In this document: one piece after another, positions 11,201-16,877 of the stretch
How positions within the stretch are numbered: position 1 is the first letter of the stretch
Layout of the letters: each line of letters begins with the position of its first letter
Source of the DNA: an uncultured virus (IMG/VR IMGVR_UViG_3300025284_000066)
Taxonomy: Duplodnaviria; Heunggongvirae; Uroviricota; Caudoviricetes
IMG/VR virus record: IMGVR_UViG_3300025284_000066
Strand: one strand, 5' to 3'
DNA: 20,000 nucleotides
Translations under genes and position numbers: made by a program
The notes under the pieces: model-generated
What the model was told of the DNA's origin: nothing
Databases searched by the model: none
The model's input: the letters and a program-made list of their open reading frames with translations, nothing else

Positions 11201-14200
11201 TGCGGGCGCTCCTGCCCAACTACTCGCCGCAGGCTCGCGCACAGGCTGTAGCGTCTGTGACCAAGACGGTGGAGGCGATTCGCGCCGGTTGGGGCAACGG
11301 GCCCGAGGTGATCGTGGCGTTCGACATGGGCGACCCGGTTGTGCCCGGGGCGGCCCGCCGCGCGGACCTGAAGCAGCGCAGCGGCGGCGCACGGGGCGCT
11401 CCCGAGGGCTTCTACTACCGTGGCAAGGCCTACTTGATGGCCTCGCGGCTGCCCACGGCCAACGATGCGGCGCGCGTGCTCTTTCACGAAGTACTCGGCC
11501 ACCACGGGCTGCGCGGCCAGTTCGGCAAGGGGCTGGATGACGTGCTGAACCAGATCGGCACCATGCGCCGCGCCGACGTGGACGCGAAGATCAATGAATA
11601 CGGGCTGCGCGGCGTCAACAAGCTCGACCGGCGCGCCGCGGCGGAGGAAGTCCTGGCCGAAATGGCGCAGACCCATCCCGAACTGCACTTCGTGCGTCGC
11701 GCCATCGCCGCGATCCGCACCTGGCTGCGCGAGCACGTGCCGGGCTTCAGCAACCTGCGGATGACGGACGACGAGATCGTGCGCAACTTCATCCTGCCGG
11801 CTCGGCGCTTCGTTGAGCAGGGCGGCCCGGACGGCGGGCCCAGCGACGGGCTGCGCTTCAGCCGTGGTGACGCGGGCCCCGCCTCGACCAACAGCCTCGA
11901 TGCCCCCATCGCCGCCGACGACGACGGTGTAGCGAACTTCTGGCACTGGTACAGTGGGCAGGATGGAAGCCTCAAAGACACCCGAAGCGGCACGCAAGGA
12001 TCTGGAGGAACTGCTGGCGGAGCTGCCGCCGGTGGGCCCGGCCGAGATGGCGGCGCATCTGGGCGACTCGGACCCGTTGATGCGCAAGGCCGCCCGCTCG
12101 TATTTTTCCACGGCACGCGAGACGACTTCACCGCGTTCGATACCGAGCACCCAAACCGAAAAGACGTAGGCTGGCTTGGCCGCGGCGTCTACGGTGCGAG
12201 CGACCCGGCGGACGCCAACTACTATGCCGGCGCAAAGCGCGGCGGCGGTGGGCAGCGCGTCATGCCGCTGTACTTCGCGGTCACGAACCCCTACGTTGCC
12301 ACGCCGGAAATCAAGGCCCGTCTGAAGCGGGCCACGCAGGCGCAGGTCGATCGCTTCACGGCAAACCTGCGCGCGATGGGGCACGACGGCGTGACGCTCA
12401 CTGCCGAAGATGGCTCGGTGGAGATCGTCGCGTTCGATCCCAGCCAGGTGAAATCGGCCATCGGCAACAGTGGGGCATTCGACGCTGGCACCTCGGACAT
12501 CCGGTTCAGCCGATCCACGGTGCAGGACTTCGCCAAGAAGGCCACCGCCGAGCTCAATAAGACTTTCAATGCGCCCGGCAAGTTGTCCTGGTGGCACAAG
12601 ACCGTGGGCACCATGTACAACCTCGCGGAGCGTTCGCCAGCCTTCAAGGCGGTGTTCGACTCAGCGCAAGGGTTCGTCGACGACGTGAGCTTCTACGCCA
12701 ACGACGCGGCCGAACTGGCGCCCAAGCTGCTGCCGAAGCTGGAGACGTGGCGCGACATCAAGAAAGCGCCGGTGGCCGCGGCCGACAACGCCGCAGTGGC
12801 GAAGCCAGTCTTCGAAGGCACGCTGACCTGGGCGCGAGACGAACAGGGCAAGCCGGTACCGGTGCAGTCGCTCATCGACGCGGCGGCCGAGCTGTCGGCC
12901 GACCAGAAGGCGCAGCGCCTGCTGCGAAACGGGCAGATCGACGAGCGCATGCTGAAGGCATGGCAGGGCATGCCCCTGGAGTCCTACGAGAAGGCTATCA
13001 ATACGCGCTTCGAGTCGCGCATGCTGCAGCCGGGCGTCGTCTGGACCGATGCGGAGCTGCGCTCCATGTTCAAGCTCTCGGACGATCAGATCGCGCTCTA
13101 CCACGAGTTCCGCGAGACGACCGACCGGAGCCTGGACACGATGGCGCGCGCCGACATGCTGCGTTTCGTGGGCGACGATGCCAAGGGCATGCGTGGCATG
13201 GTGATGGATGCGCCGGATGCCCAGGCGGCGGCCGTGCTGCTGCGCGATCACCTGGTGCAGCTGGCCAACGAGCAGCCTGACCGCGCGACCCAGATCCTGA
13301 ATACCGCCAACGGCATCATCGACCGGGCCGACAAGGTGCGCGACCTGCAGGCCCGTGGGTATGCGCCGCTGTCACGCTTCGGCCGCTACTCGGTCGACGT
13401 GGTGGACGCTGCCGGCGAGCGGCAGTACTTCGGCCTGTTCGAGACGGCACGCGAGGCCAACAATATGGCCGCCCAGATGCGGGAGGAGTTCGGCGATGCC
13501 ACCGTCACCCAGGGCACACTGTCGGAGGAGGCCTTCAAGCTCTTCGCTGGCGTGACGCCCGAGACGCTGGAACTCTTCGGCAATGCCCTCGGCCTCGATT
13601 CGACCGGTGACAGCGCGCAGGACCAGGCTTTCCAGGAATACCTGCGGCTGACGAAGACCAACCGCAGCGCAATGCGGCGGCTGATCCATCGCAAGGGCAT
13701 CGCCGGTTTCAGCGAAGACGTGGGCCGCGTGCTGGCTTCCTTCATCTACTCGAACGCGCGCCAGACGGCCGCCGGCCTGCACATGGGCGACCTCGGCGAG
13801 GCGGTGCAGGCCATCCCGAAGGAACAGGGCGAGCTGAAAGATGCCGCCGTGCGCCTGGCCGACTATGTGAAGAACCCGCAGGAGGAGGCGCAGGCGGTGC
13901 GCGGGCTGCTGTTCGCGCAGTACCTGGGTGGCTCGGTGGCGTCGGCGTTCGTGAACATGACCCAGCCTATCGCGGTGACGATGCCGTGGCTGAGCCAGTA
14001 CGGCGGCGCGCGCGCGGCGGCCGCGCAGATCGGCCGGGCCGCGAAGAACATCGCCACGCGCGGCTTCGAATACGAACCGGATCTCGCTGCGGCGCTCAAG
14101 CGCGCCGAGGACGAGGGGACCGTGAGCCCGCAGGAGGTGCACCAGCTGATGGCGCAGGCGCGCGGCGCGAGCTCGCTGCGCTCCGGCGATGGCACGCGCG

Positions 14201-15390
14201 GCGGCGAGCTGCGCGCGATGGGCCAGAACGCGCTGTCGCGCTTGTCGCTGGCATGGGGGAAGCTCTTCGGCGCCGCCGAGCAGGTGAATCGCCGCATCAC
14301 CTTCATCGCGGCCTACCGAACGGCGAAGGCGCAGGGCATCGAAGACCCGGCAGGATTTGCTCGCAAGGCGATCACCGAGACGCAGTTCCTCTACTCGAAG
14401 GCGAACAAGATGGAGTGGGGCAGGGGGGCGATCGGCGGCACGCTGATGACCTTCAAGACCTACTCGGTGGCTTACCTCGAGCTGCTGCACCGCATGTACA
14501 CGCAGGGTGGGCCAGAGGGCAAGCGCGCCGCGCTGCTGGCGCTGGGCATGCTGATGCTGATGGGCGGCGCCGGCGGGCTGCCGTTCGAGGAAGACCTGGA
14601 GGATGCGGTCGACGCGCTGGCGCAGATGCTCGGCTACAACTTCTCGACGAAGAAGGCCCGCCAGGAATTTCTGGAGAGCCTGCTGCCGAAGCCGATCGCG
14701 CAGTTCATCGACAAGGGCGTGAGCGGTCTGCCCGGCGCGCCGCTGGATGTGTCGGGCCGCCTCGGCATGGGCAACCTGATTCCGGGCACGGGCCTGCTGC
14801 TGGAGAAGACCAGCCACGCGCGCGACCTGCTGGAGATCGCGGGCCCGGCCGGCGACTTCGCCAGCCGCATCCTCTCCGGCGGCCGCAGCATGCTCACTGG
14901 CGACGTGGGCGCCGGGCTGCTGGAAATGTCGCCCGCAGCGGTGCGCAACGCGGCCAAGGGCGTGGACATGGCCGCGACCGGCATGTATCGGGATGCCAAG
15001 GGCTACAAGGTGCTGGACACGAACACGCTGGAGGCGGCCCTCAAGGGCATCGGCTTCCAGCCGAACAGCGTGGCCACCATCCAGGAGGCGAACGGCATCA
15101 ACCAGGGCGCGAAGGCGTTCTACAACCTGCGTGCGCAGGAGATCCGGGCGCTGTGGGCACAGGGCGTGTTCGAGGGCGACCAGCAGAAGGTGCAGGAAGC
15201 CCGCGACCAGGTTGCCGCGTGGAACCGGAAGAACCCTGAGCAGCCGATGCTCGTACGCATCCCCGACGTGATGCGCCGGGTGCGGGAAATGCGCAAGTCC
15301 AAAGATGAGCGGATCGCTGATACCGCGCCGCGGGCGATGCGTGCTCAGATGCGCGAAGAGGCGGCTCGGGCACGTGCCGACACCATGTAG
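2263..15390 (+). CDS. Giant polyvalent virion-injected protein (4375 aa): Gly/Ala-rich N-terminus, InPase, DarB-like N6-adenine methyltransferase plus SNF2 helicase, metallopeptidase, ART-PolyVal-like ADP-ribosyltransferase, PLxRFG C-terminal region
   Basis: InPase motifs GNYKMGH/ENPHGSTRSG/YGY/DGDHVDVF (~4400-4875). Methyltransferase LEPAVGTGNF and NPPF (6112-6123). Helicase GAGKT (8005-8019), DELH (8491-8502), ATGTP, QREGRIIRRGN. HEVLGH (11485-11502). FHGT (HGT 12109-12117)...EIVAFDPSQVKS. PLSRFG (13366-13383). Strong GC3 bias in this frame. Confidence 0.92.
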   Translation: MAGETLKPFDGQLDTTPHNLTPFSGELDPPDAKRTVLGTVKDVGVTALKGAVGLPQSVVGLADIVTGGRAGKALEQAGVGFEETQKFLDDQYSDAQKAANRKVQAADGFVDTAKTMLENPSTIATSVGESIPQMLGGAGVARGLLKVAPKIAPAIAGAIGEGVLGAGSQAEQIRQETQDGLLTPKQAALSAATGAATAGFGALGGRLAQRLGIGDADTMLAQGAIHGAGPASQRSLARQVGAGMLSEGVLEELPQSMSEQALQNLALDKPVGEGVGKAAAAGLLAGGAMGGGAALLHGATGQHAPNQAEPGSAERVPGEQLSLLPVDEAPAAAAASELPAVAGGLASVQRTFDPRDPGSRPPLDVMPTAPTDGVEFEAAPQVAREFSTGNLSLADEAQPVRPSEKMGLDPAAGPLSTAAAMAVDGGAHDVMNAAAQLAAQAEAADGKGTKPAAASPAPASVPMANVNAETGEISGQPQDREAELRARLEFVRQQAASNGWDQRLIAERDSARAELAALAPAAAAPTSVQEGIAQARARRAAPESAPQPKGEALGTQADQAQQAGTQQAPAGTEAPAAEPIASATTLTPAPAAPAVPNAKREKAVRRVEEGRAWFLSRDKAQSFVDTSGLADTHEVVPDNRRFVVQAKAEQPAQDAQPQTAAPADQLADLRRRRAEAEPGTPLRRDIDNDIAALEREQQQAVRRPEAVAPVDAAANEAATSPQNDLPEPSQAQKEAGNYKMGHLSGDEVQGLRISVENPHGSTRSGTSPDGTEWSNTMAAHYGYVKGSEAADGDHVDVFVGPAAATAPTVYVVDQINADGSYDEAKALMGFNSEAEALAAYKGSYNKGWKVGPVTAMSMDDFKAALADGRLKKPLSSTLSESVRESSPAPAAQRATTMETARTALASYFDWYLSRNPKASRPMGGIYQGNSFTLDSGGAPFTKAGQVQVNGFKELTFNYTAAWKEAQSRAAAAAPAAAPIAATNAGDENGRNAGTVPTERLPAADQGSDARDAGAGDRDRQPVDARVAEAGEGADRGERVPAGAEGAGGGRAEGVQRLRESAPGEARDSRVVRPERQSADAVADPATAEASPKPELDQSGDHTLDADDIGKGGLTKKYRDNIAAIRILKALASESRKATPEERKQIARYVGWGALKGVFDPQNKQWAKEFAELRELLTDAEYKAARASMLNAHYTAPVVVNGIYDALERMGFTAGRVLEPAVGTGNFFGLMPASMRKRSQLHGVELDPLTSQIAAALYPSAKVARATAFQDFQAPSEYFDLAVGNPPFGSEPIVDDDRSPYSGFSIHNYFFAKSIDKLRPGGLLTMVVSHNFLDAKNEAARQWIADRANLVAAVRLPRTAFKENAGTDVVTDIVVLQKKTESERANGLGDAAWVKVGQQTLTNPKTGEATQHNVSSYFLTNPDAVLGTPVAAGAMYRLGEYTVEPSGDLAQQLKAWATALPEDLYQPVERTHEQEAADVVVPDGVKVGSFYVDDSGRVQMRGPDSLGNRTAEPWTPPNVKAAERMKGMVGLRDALRAQMRLERSPDSTDGQIEQHRRELNRLYDGFQSKYGYLNDPTNRRIFLDDTESALVLALEFDYDRGVSKAVAEREDIEPRAPKAIKADIFARRVMFPPADNIKVSNAKDALLASLNYKGRLDAAYMATLYDKSPAQIVSELGDVVYADPVNGLVMADEYLSGDVKTKLAEAEAAARDDPALRRNVEALRKVIPADKRPSEIHAAMGAAFIPPELFQQFAKEVTGAEARVTYLRATGQWLVDYTSQPNPALNTAKWGIGRMTAQNIFMRTMAGQGVVVTDTIRDPNGGTRTVVLEKETEAAREKQAAMKAEWQRWLWSDPERADRVAGIYNDKMNRIVVRRFDGSHMTFPGMSPAMELLPHQKDAVWRALQQRQILLDHVVGAGKTFEVVAAIMEMRRLGIARKPIVTVPNHLTLQWRSEFSRLYPAANVLAATPDDFTKGNREKFFSKIVTGDWDAVIIGHSSLKRIALPAETEKAVLEEQITELADSIGEMKRARGDRNVVRDMESIKARLEARMKQRVQALGERDKVVTFDELGVDAFAIDELHEFKNLFYNSTMERVPGMGNPGGSDKAFDLFVKAQYLFDALGDKAPLMGATGTPVSNSLVEMFNMQRFLQYPTLKAQGLHVFDAWAKQFGSVESLYEVSPSGTGYRQASRFAKFKNLPALMGMYQTFADTVTLDDLKAQEEARGRTFPVPQVAGGRPVNVVAKRSPEVANFMGVPQLDIQGGRVQFGFNPAAGERAVIEKAEDGNSWRAETRVPQPDEKEIRQLIGSAKTEEDAKLLVVEAALSPKIKVDPKSILGQFADLKRLTKETKGKVNALSLTGQANKAGLDFRLIDPSAPDFEGSKINLAVDRMLGTYQKWTSDRGTQLVFCDLSVPLSARSGFGSKERRVYVRDDGALVHKKGTMHTVRGHEDLPFFVVKEGGKDAKAFAIYDAATGLRVHAGLPAKGIATDWAAQALNDDGRRQRWIDARDRIGDLQQDEIDDYNNANEIDTEETESISLADIAGMSGATAFSVYDDIKGKLMARGVPEREIAFIHDYNTPAAKDKLFKAVNRGDIRFLLGSTPKMGAGTNVQERLVGLHHIDAPWRPSDLEQREGRIIRRGNALYARDPDGFEVEIYRYATEQTYDTRRWQILEHKARGIEQLRKYDGTLNEIDDIEGEAANAADMKAAASGDPLILEETRLRNDVRRLESLQASHADETASMVRQARDQQRFAQDWGPKELETFRGLQAAAEANPVPKDGFAGLTVAGKTITDREAAIKAVKRGIDRVFVSGGQEEFQYRGVTFMLEGTPDHVELNSPTGGLDSYRPARDVLPSAAGILTRFGNYINRLPAHIVDLDAKITEAKQAAVQLREQAGKPFAQAKELESAREAHRRVQRRLVAKGPDIPLNQRPALQKAMAEQRQQLIEQGFGDTLEEFGGGADDAQFRRDGTEMLSPEAARAMRALLPNYSPQARAQAVASVTKTVEAIRAGWGNGPEVIVAFDMGDPVVPGAARRADLKQRSGGARGAPEGFYYRGKAYLMASRLPTANDAARVLFHEVLGHHGLRGQFGKGLDDVLNQIGTMRRADVDAKINEYGLRGVNKLDRRAAAEEVLAEMAQTHPELHFVRRAIAAIRTWLREHVPGFSNLRMTDDEIVRNFILPARRFVEQGGPDGGPSDGLRFSRGDAGPASTNSLDAPIAADDDGVANFWHWYSGQDGSLKDTRSGTQGSGGTAGGAAAGGPGRDGGASGRLGPVDAQGRPLVFFHGTRDDFTAFDTEHPNRKDVGWLGRGVYGASDPADANYYAGAKRGGGGQRVMPLYFAVTNPYVATPEIKARLKRATQAQVDRFTANLRAMGHDGVTLTAEDGSVEIVAFDPSQVKSAIGNSGAFDAGTSDIRFSRSTVQDFAKKATAELNKTFNAPGKLSWWHKTVGTMYNLAERSPAFKAVFDSAQGFVDDVSFYANDAAELAPKLLPKLETWRDIKKAPVAAADNAAVAKPVFEGTLTWARDEQGKPVPVQSLIDAAAELSADQKAQRLLRNGQIDERMLKAWQGMPLESYEKAINTRFESRMLQPGVVWTDAELRSMFKLSDDQIALYHEFRETTDRSLDTMARADMLRFVGDDAKGMRGMVMDAPDAQAAAVLLRDHLVQLANEQPDRATQILNTANGIIDRADKVRDLQARGYAPLSRFGRYSVDVVDAAGERQYFGLFETAREANNMAAQMREEFGDATVTQGTLSEEAFKLFAGVTPETLELFGNALGLDSTGDSAQDQAFQEYLRLTKTNRSAMRRLIHRKGIAGFSEDVGRVLASFIYSNARQTAAGLHMGDLGEAVQAIPKEQGELKDAAVRLADYVKNPQEEAQAVRGLLFAQYLGGSVASAFVNMTQPIAVTMPWLSQYGGARAAAAQIGRAAKNIATRGFEYEPDLAAALKRAEDEGTVSPQEVHQLMAQARGASSLRSGDGTRGGELRAMGQNALSRLSLAWGKLFGAAEQVNRRITFIAAYRTAKAQGIEDPAGFARKAITETQFLYSKANKMEWGRGAIGGTLMTFKTYSVAYLELLHRMYTQGGPEGKRAALLALGMLMLMGGAGGLPFEEDLEDAVDALAQMLGYNFSTKKARQEFLESLLPKPIAQFIDKGVSGLPGAPLDVSGRLGMGNLIPGTGLLLEKTSHARDLLEIAGPAGDFASRILSGGRSMLTGDVGAGLLEMSPAAVRNAAKGVDMAATGMYRDAKGYKVLDTNTLEAALKGIGFQPNSVATIQEANGINQGAKAFYNLRAQEIRALWAQGVFEGDQQKVQEARDQVAAWNRKNPEQPMLVRIPDVMRRVREMRKSKDERIADTAPRAMRAQMREEAARARADTM
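3920..4021 (+). CDS. Candidate overprinted basic peptide (33 aa, MALKPTKPSKQARNKRRQEQKRQQLSQSRPPQR) in the +1 frame of the giant gene
   Basis: AGGAG at 3909-3913, 6 nt before a TTG start. By hand count 26 of 33 codons end in G/C, while the host frame here uses many A-ending codons (CAA, GGA, GCA, ACA). Confidence 0.5.
   Translation: MALKPTKPSKQARNKRRQEQKRQQLSQSRPPQR
5225..5506 (+). CDS. Overprinted 93-aa helical protein of unknown function in the +1 frame of the giant gene
   Basis: AGGAG at 5214-5218, 6 nt before ATG. By hand count 86 of 93 codons end in G/C. The sequence looks globular (EIANRWMLGWPKRVKALI). The host frame here is a G/R/A/D-rich linker with atypical codons (CGA, GGA, CTA, GAT). 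Confidence 0.8.
   Translation: MDEMQELYRPNDYPPPIKEAMRAMPALATEIANRWMLGWPKRVKALIEASEFLRALKEQEEAERRAYSDSGNRHLARHEIAELYGLSDSPPTL
11963..12169 (+). CDS. Candidate overprinted 68-aa protein (MEASKTPEAARKDLEELLAELPPVGPAEMAAHLGDSDPLMRKAARSYF...) in the +1 frame, overlapping the start of the ART domain
   Basis: Extended -10 TGgTACAGT (11947-11955), then 7 nt, then ATG (leaderless geometry). Codon bias favours the +1 frame for roughly the first 48 codons. The host frame there is a Gly-rich low-complexity insert. Confidence 0.55.
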   Translation: MEASKTPEAARKDLEELLAELPPVGPAEMAAHLGDSDPLMRKAARSYFSTARETTSPRSIPSTQTEKT

Positions 15391-15496
15391 TGGTTTGCGC
15401 TCTTCGCGCTGCGGTGCCTACTTTGGGGCGTTGCGGAGCATGAGCCCTCTCCGTAGCCGAATTTGCCCCGCTTGAGCGCGCTATGCTCCTGGAGCC

Positions 15497-15883
15497 ATGA
15501 AGCACTACCTTGCCCTACTTGTCACTCTCGCCAGTTCGAGCTCCGCGTTCGCGCTGACTTTCGCCGGCGCAACTGAGAACCTCCTTTACTTCGAATACGC
15601 CAGGCTCGGGGCTGACTACTGCGAGAGCAAAGGATTTCCCGCTCGTGAGATTCAGAGGAACTGGCAAGCCAAGCACGAGCCTCTGCATAGGCAGAGCATT
15701 CAAACGGTGCGGGGTGAGGGGGCAAGGCGCGGTCTGACAACAGCGACTGAACAGGACGCGCTTCTGGTTGAGGTCATGCGCCCGGTCACCAAGACCGCCC
15801 AGGCCAAGGTGGATGGCGCGGCGATACCGTGCGCAAAGTTCGGCCGACTCATCGAAGGGTTTGGAGCTGATTTCAAACGCTGA
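15497..15883 (+). CDS. Secreted/periplasmic accessory protein (128 aa), function unknown
   Basis: Signal peptide MKHYLALLVTLASSSSAFA, two Cys, weaker GC3 bias than its neighbours, TATGCT hexamer at 15482-15487. Confidence 0.75.
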   Translation: MKHYLALLVTLASSSSAFALTFAGATENLLYFEYARLGADYCESKGFPAREIQRNWQAKHEPLHRQSIQTVRGEGARRGLTTATEQDALLVEVMRPVTKTAQAKVDGAAIPCAKFGRLIEGFGADFKR

Positions 15884-16003
15884 ATAGTTGCCGAGATTGC
15901 GGCGAGAAGCGCCCGCTCCCTGCTGAATTTGGCCCGAAGGTGTGACCGGGCGCCTCCGGCCGAGAGCAGCAGTTCGGCACGGGTAGCCGCTTCCGATCAT
16001 CTA

Positions 16004-16044
16004 CCCCTCTAGGGTTCGACTGCGTGACTGCGCGCCGAGATTAT
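16004..16044 (+). promoter_or_regulatory. Repeated phage promoter-like motif, copy 3 (CCCCTCTAGGGTTCGAC-N18-GATTAT-N6-ATG)
   Basis: Same 17-mer and same distance to the ATG (16051) as copy 2. Precedes the lysis cassette. Confidence 0.65.
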
Positions 16045-16050
16045 CGGCGC

Positions 16051-16320
16051 ATGCGAAACGAAACCATCGACACCCTGGCCGCCGTCGGCGGCAAAGCAAC
16101 CGCCACCGGCGTGGGCATGACCGGCGTCGGCTGGTTCCTCTCGAACGAATTCTTCGGGCTGGTCGGTGCATTCGTTGCCGTCGCTGGCCTGCTGGTCGCG
16201 TGGTACTACAAGCGCGAGGCCAATCGGCGACAGGTCGTCGAGCACGAACTGCGCGTTGCTCGTCTCCGCCTCGGCATGAGCTCGGACACGGATCTCGGCG
16301 AACTGGGCAGGGACGACTGA
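16051..16320 (+). CDS. Phage holin (89 aa), probably pinholin-type
   Basis: Small protein with a weakly hydrophobic Gly/Ala/Thr segment, a strong TM helix (FFGLVGAFVAVAGLLVAWYY) and a charged tail. Its stop overlaps the endolysin start (TGATG). Confidence 0.85.
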   Translation: MRNETIDTLAAVGGKATATGVGMTGVGWFLSNEFFGLVGAFVAVAGLLVAWYYKREANRRQVVEHELRVARLRLGMSSDTDLGELGRDD

Positions 16321-16871
16321 TGAAGGGGGTGCGCATCGCGGTGGCCGCGCTAACGCTCTCGGCGGCTGGCTTTGCCGCCTGGGTCCAGCATGAAGGGACG
16401 GGGCCCGTCGCCGTGCGTCCAGATGGCGTCGAGGTGCTGAAGTCCTACGTGCCGACTCAGGGCGACGTCCCAACAATCGGGCACGGCTCGACCCGCTACG
16501 AGGACGGCACCCGCGTGACGCTCGCAGATCCGCCGATCACGCGCAGGCGAGCCGAAGAGCTTGCGCGCAACCTGAATCGCGCCGAGGAGCGGCGCTTCGC
16601 AGCTTCGCTACCTGGAGTGCTGCTTACCCAGGACGAGTTCGACCTCTACATGGATTTCGTTGGACAGTACGGTATGCCCAACTGGTCGGGCTCCAGTATG
16701 CGGCGCGAGCTGCTCGCTGGGCAGCCACGCGCGGCGTGTGATGCGCTGCTCAACTGGCGCTTTCAGGCCGGCAGGGACTGCAAGCTGCCGCAGAACTGGG
16801 GCCCGAAGGGCTGCAAGGGCGTGTGGCTGCGCCAGCAGGATCGGCACCGAGCCTGCATTGCCGCGCAGTAG
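16320..16871 (+). CDS. Endolysin, GH24/T4-lysozyme-like, with N-terminal SAR-like segment (183 aa)
   Basis: ATG 16320 is coupled to the holin stop. MKGVRIAVAALTLSAAGFAAW is followed by HEG...DVPTIGHGST, and the C-terminus has GVWLRQQ-type motif similarity to phage lysozymes. Confidence 0.88.
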   Translation: MKGVRIAVAALTLSAAGFAAWVQHEGTGPVAVRPDGVEVLKSYVPTQGDVPTIGHGSTRYEDGTRVTLADPPITRRRAEELARNLNRAEERRFAASLPGVLLTQDEFDLYMDFVGQYGMPNWSGSSMRRELLAGQPRAACDALLNWRFQAGRDCKLPQNWGPKGCKGVWLRQQDRHRACIAAQ

Positions 16872-16877
16872 GAGGAA

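Noticed and set aside
13986..15239. 417-aa + strand alternative-frame ORF and other +2-frame ORFs within the giant gene
   Set aside because: R/G/A/P-rich, no convincing SD, and codon bias stays in the main frame, unlike the three nested candidates.
16200..16319. Longer endolysin start at 16200 and holin start at 16024
   Set aside because: ATG 16320 is coupled to the holin stop and begins the SAR-like segment. ATG 16051 matches the repeated promoter geometry.
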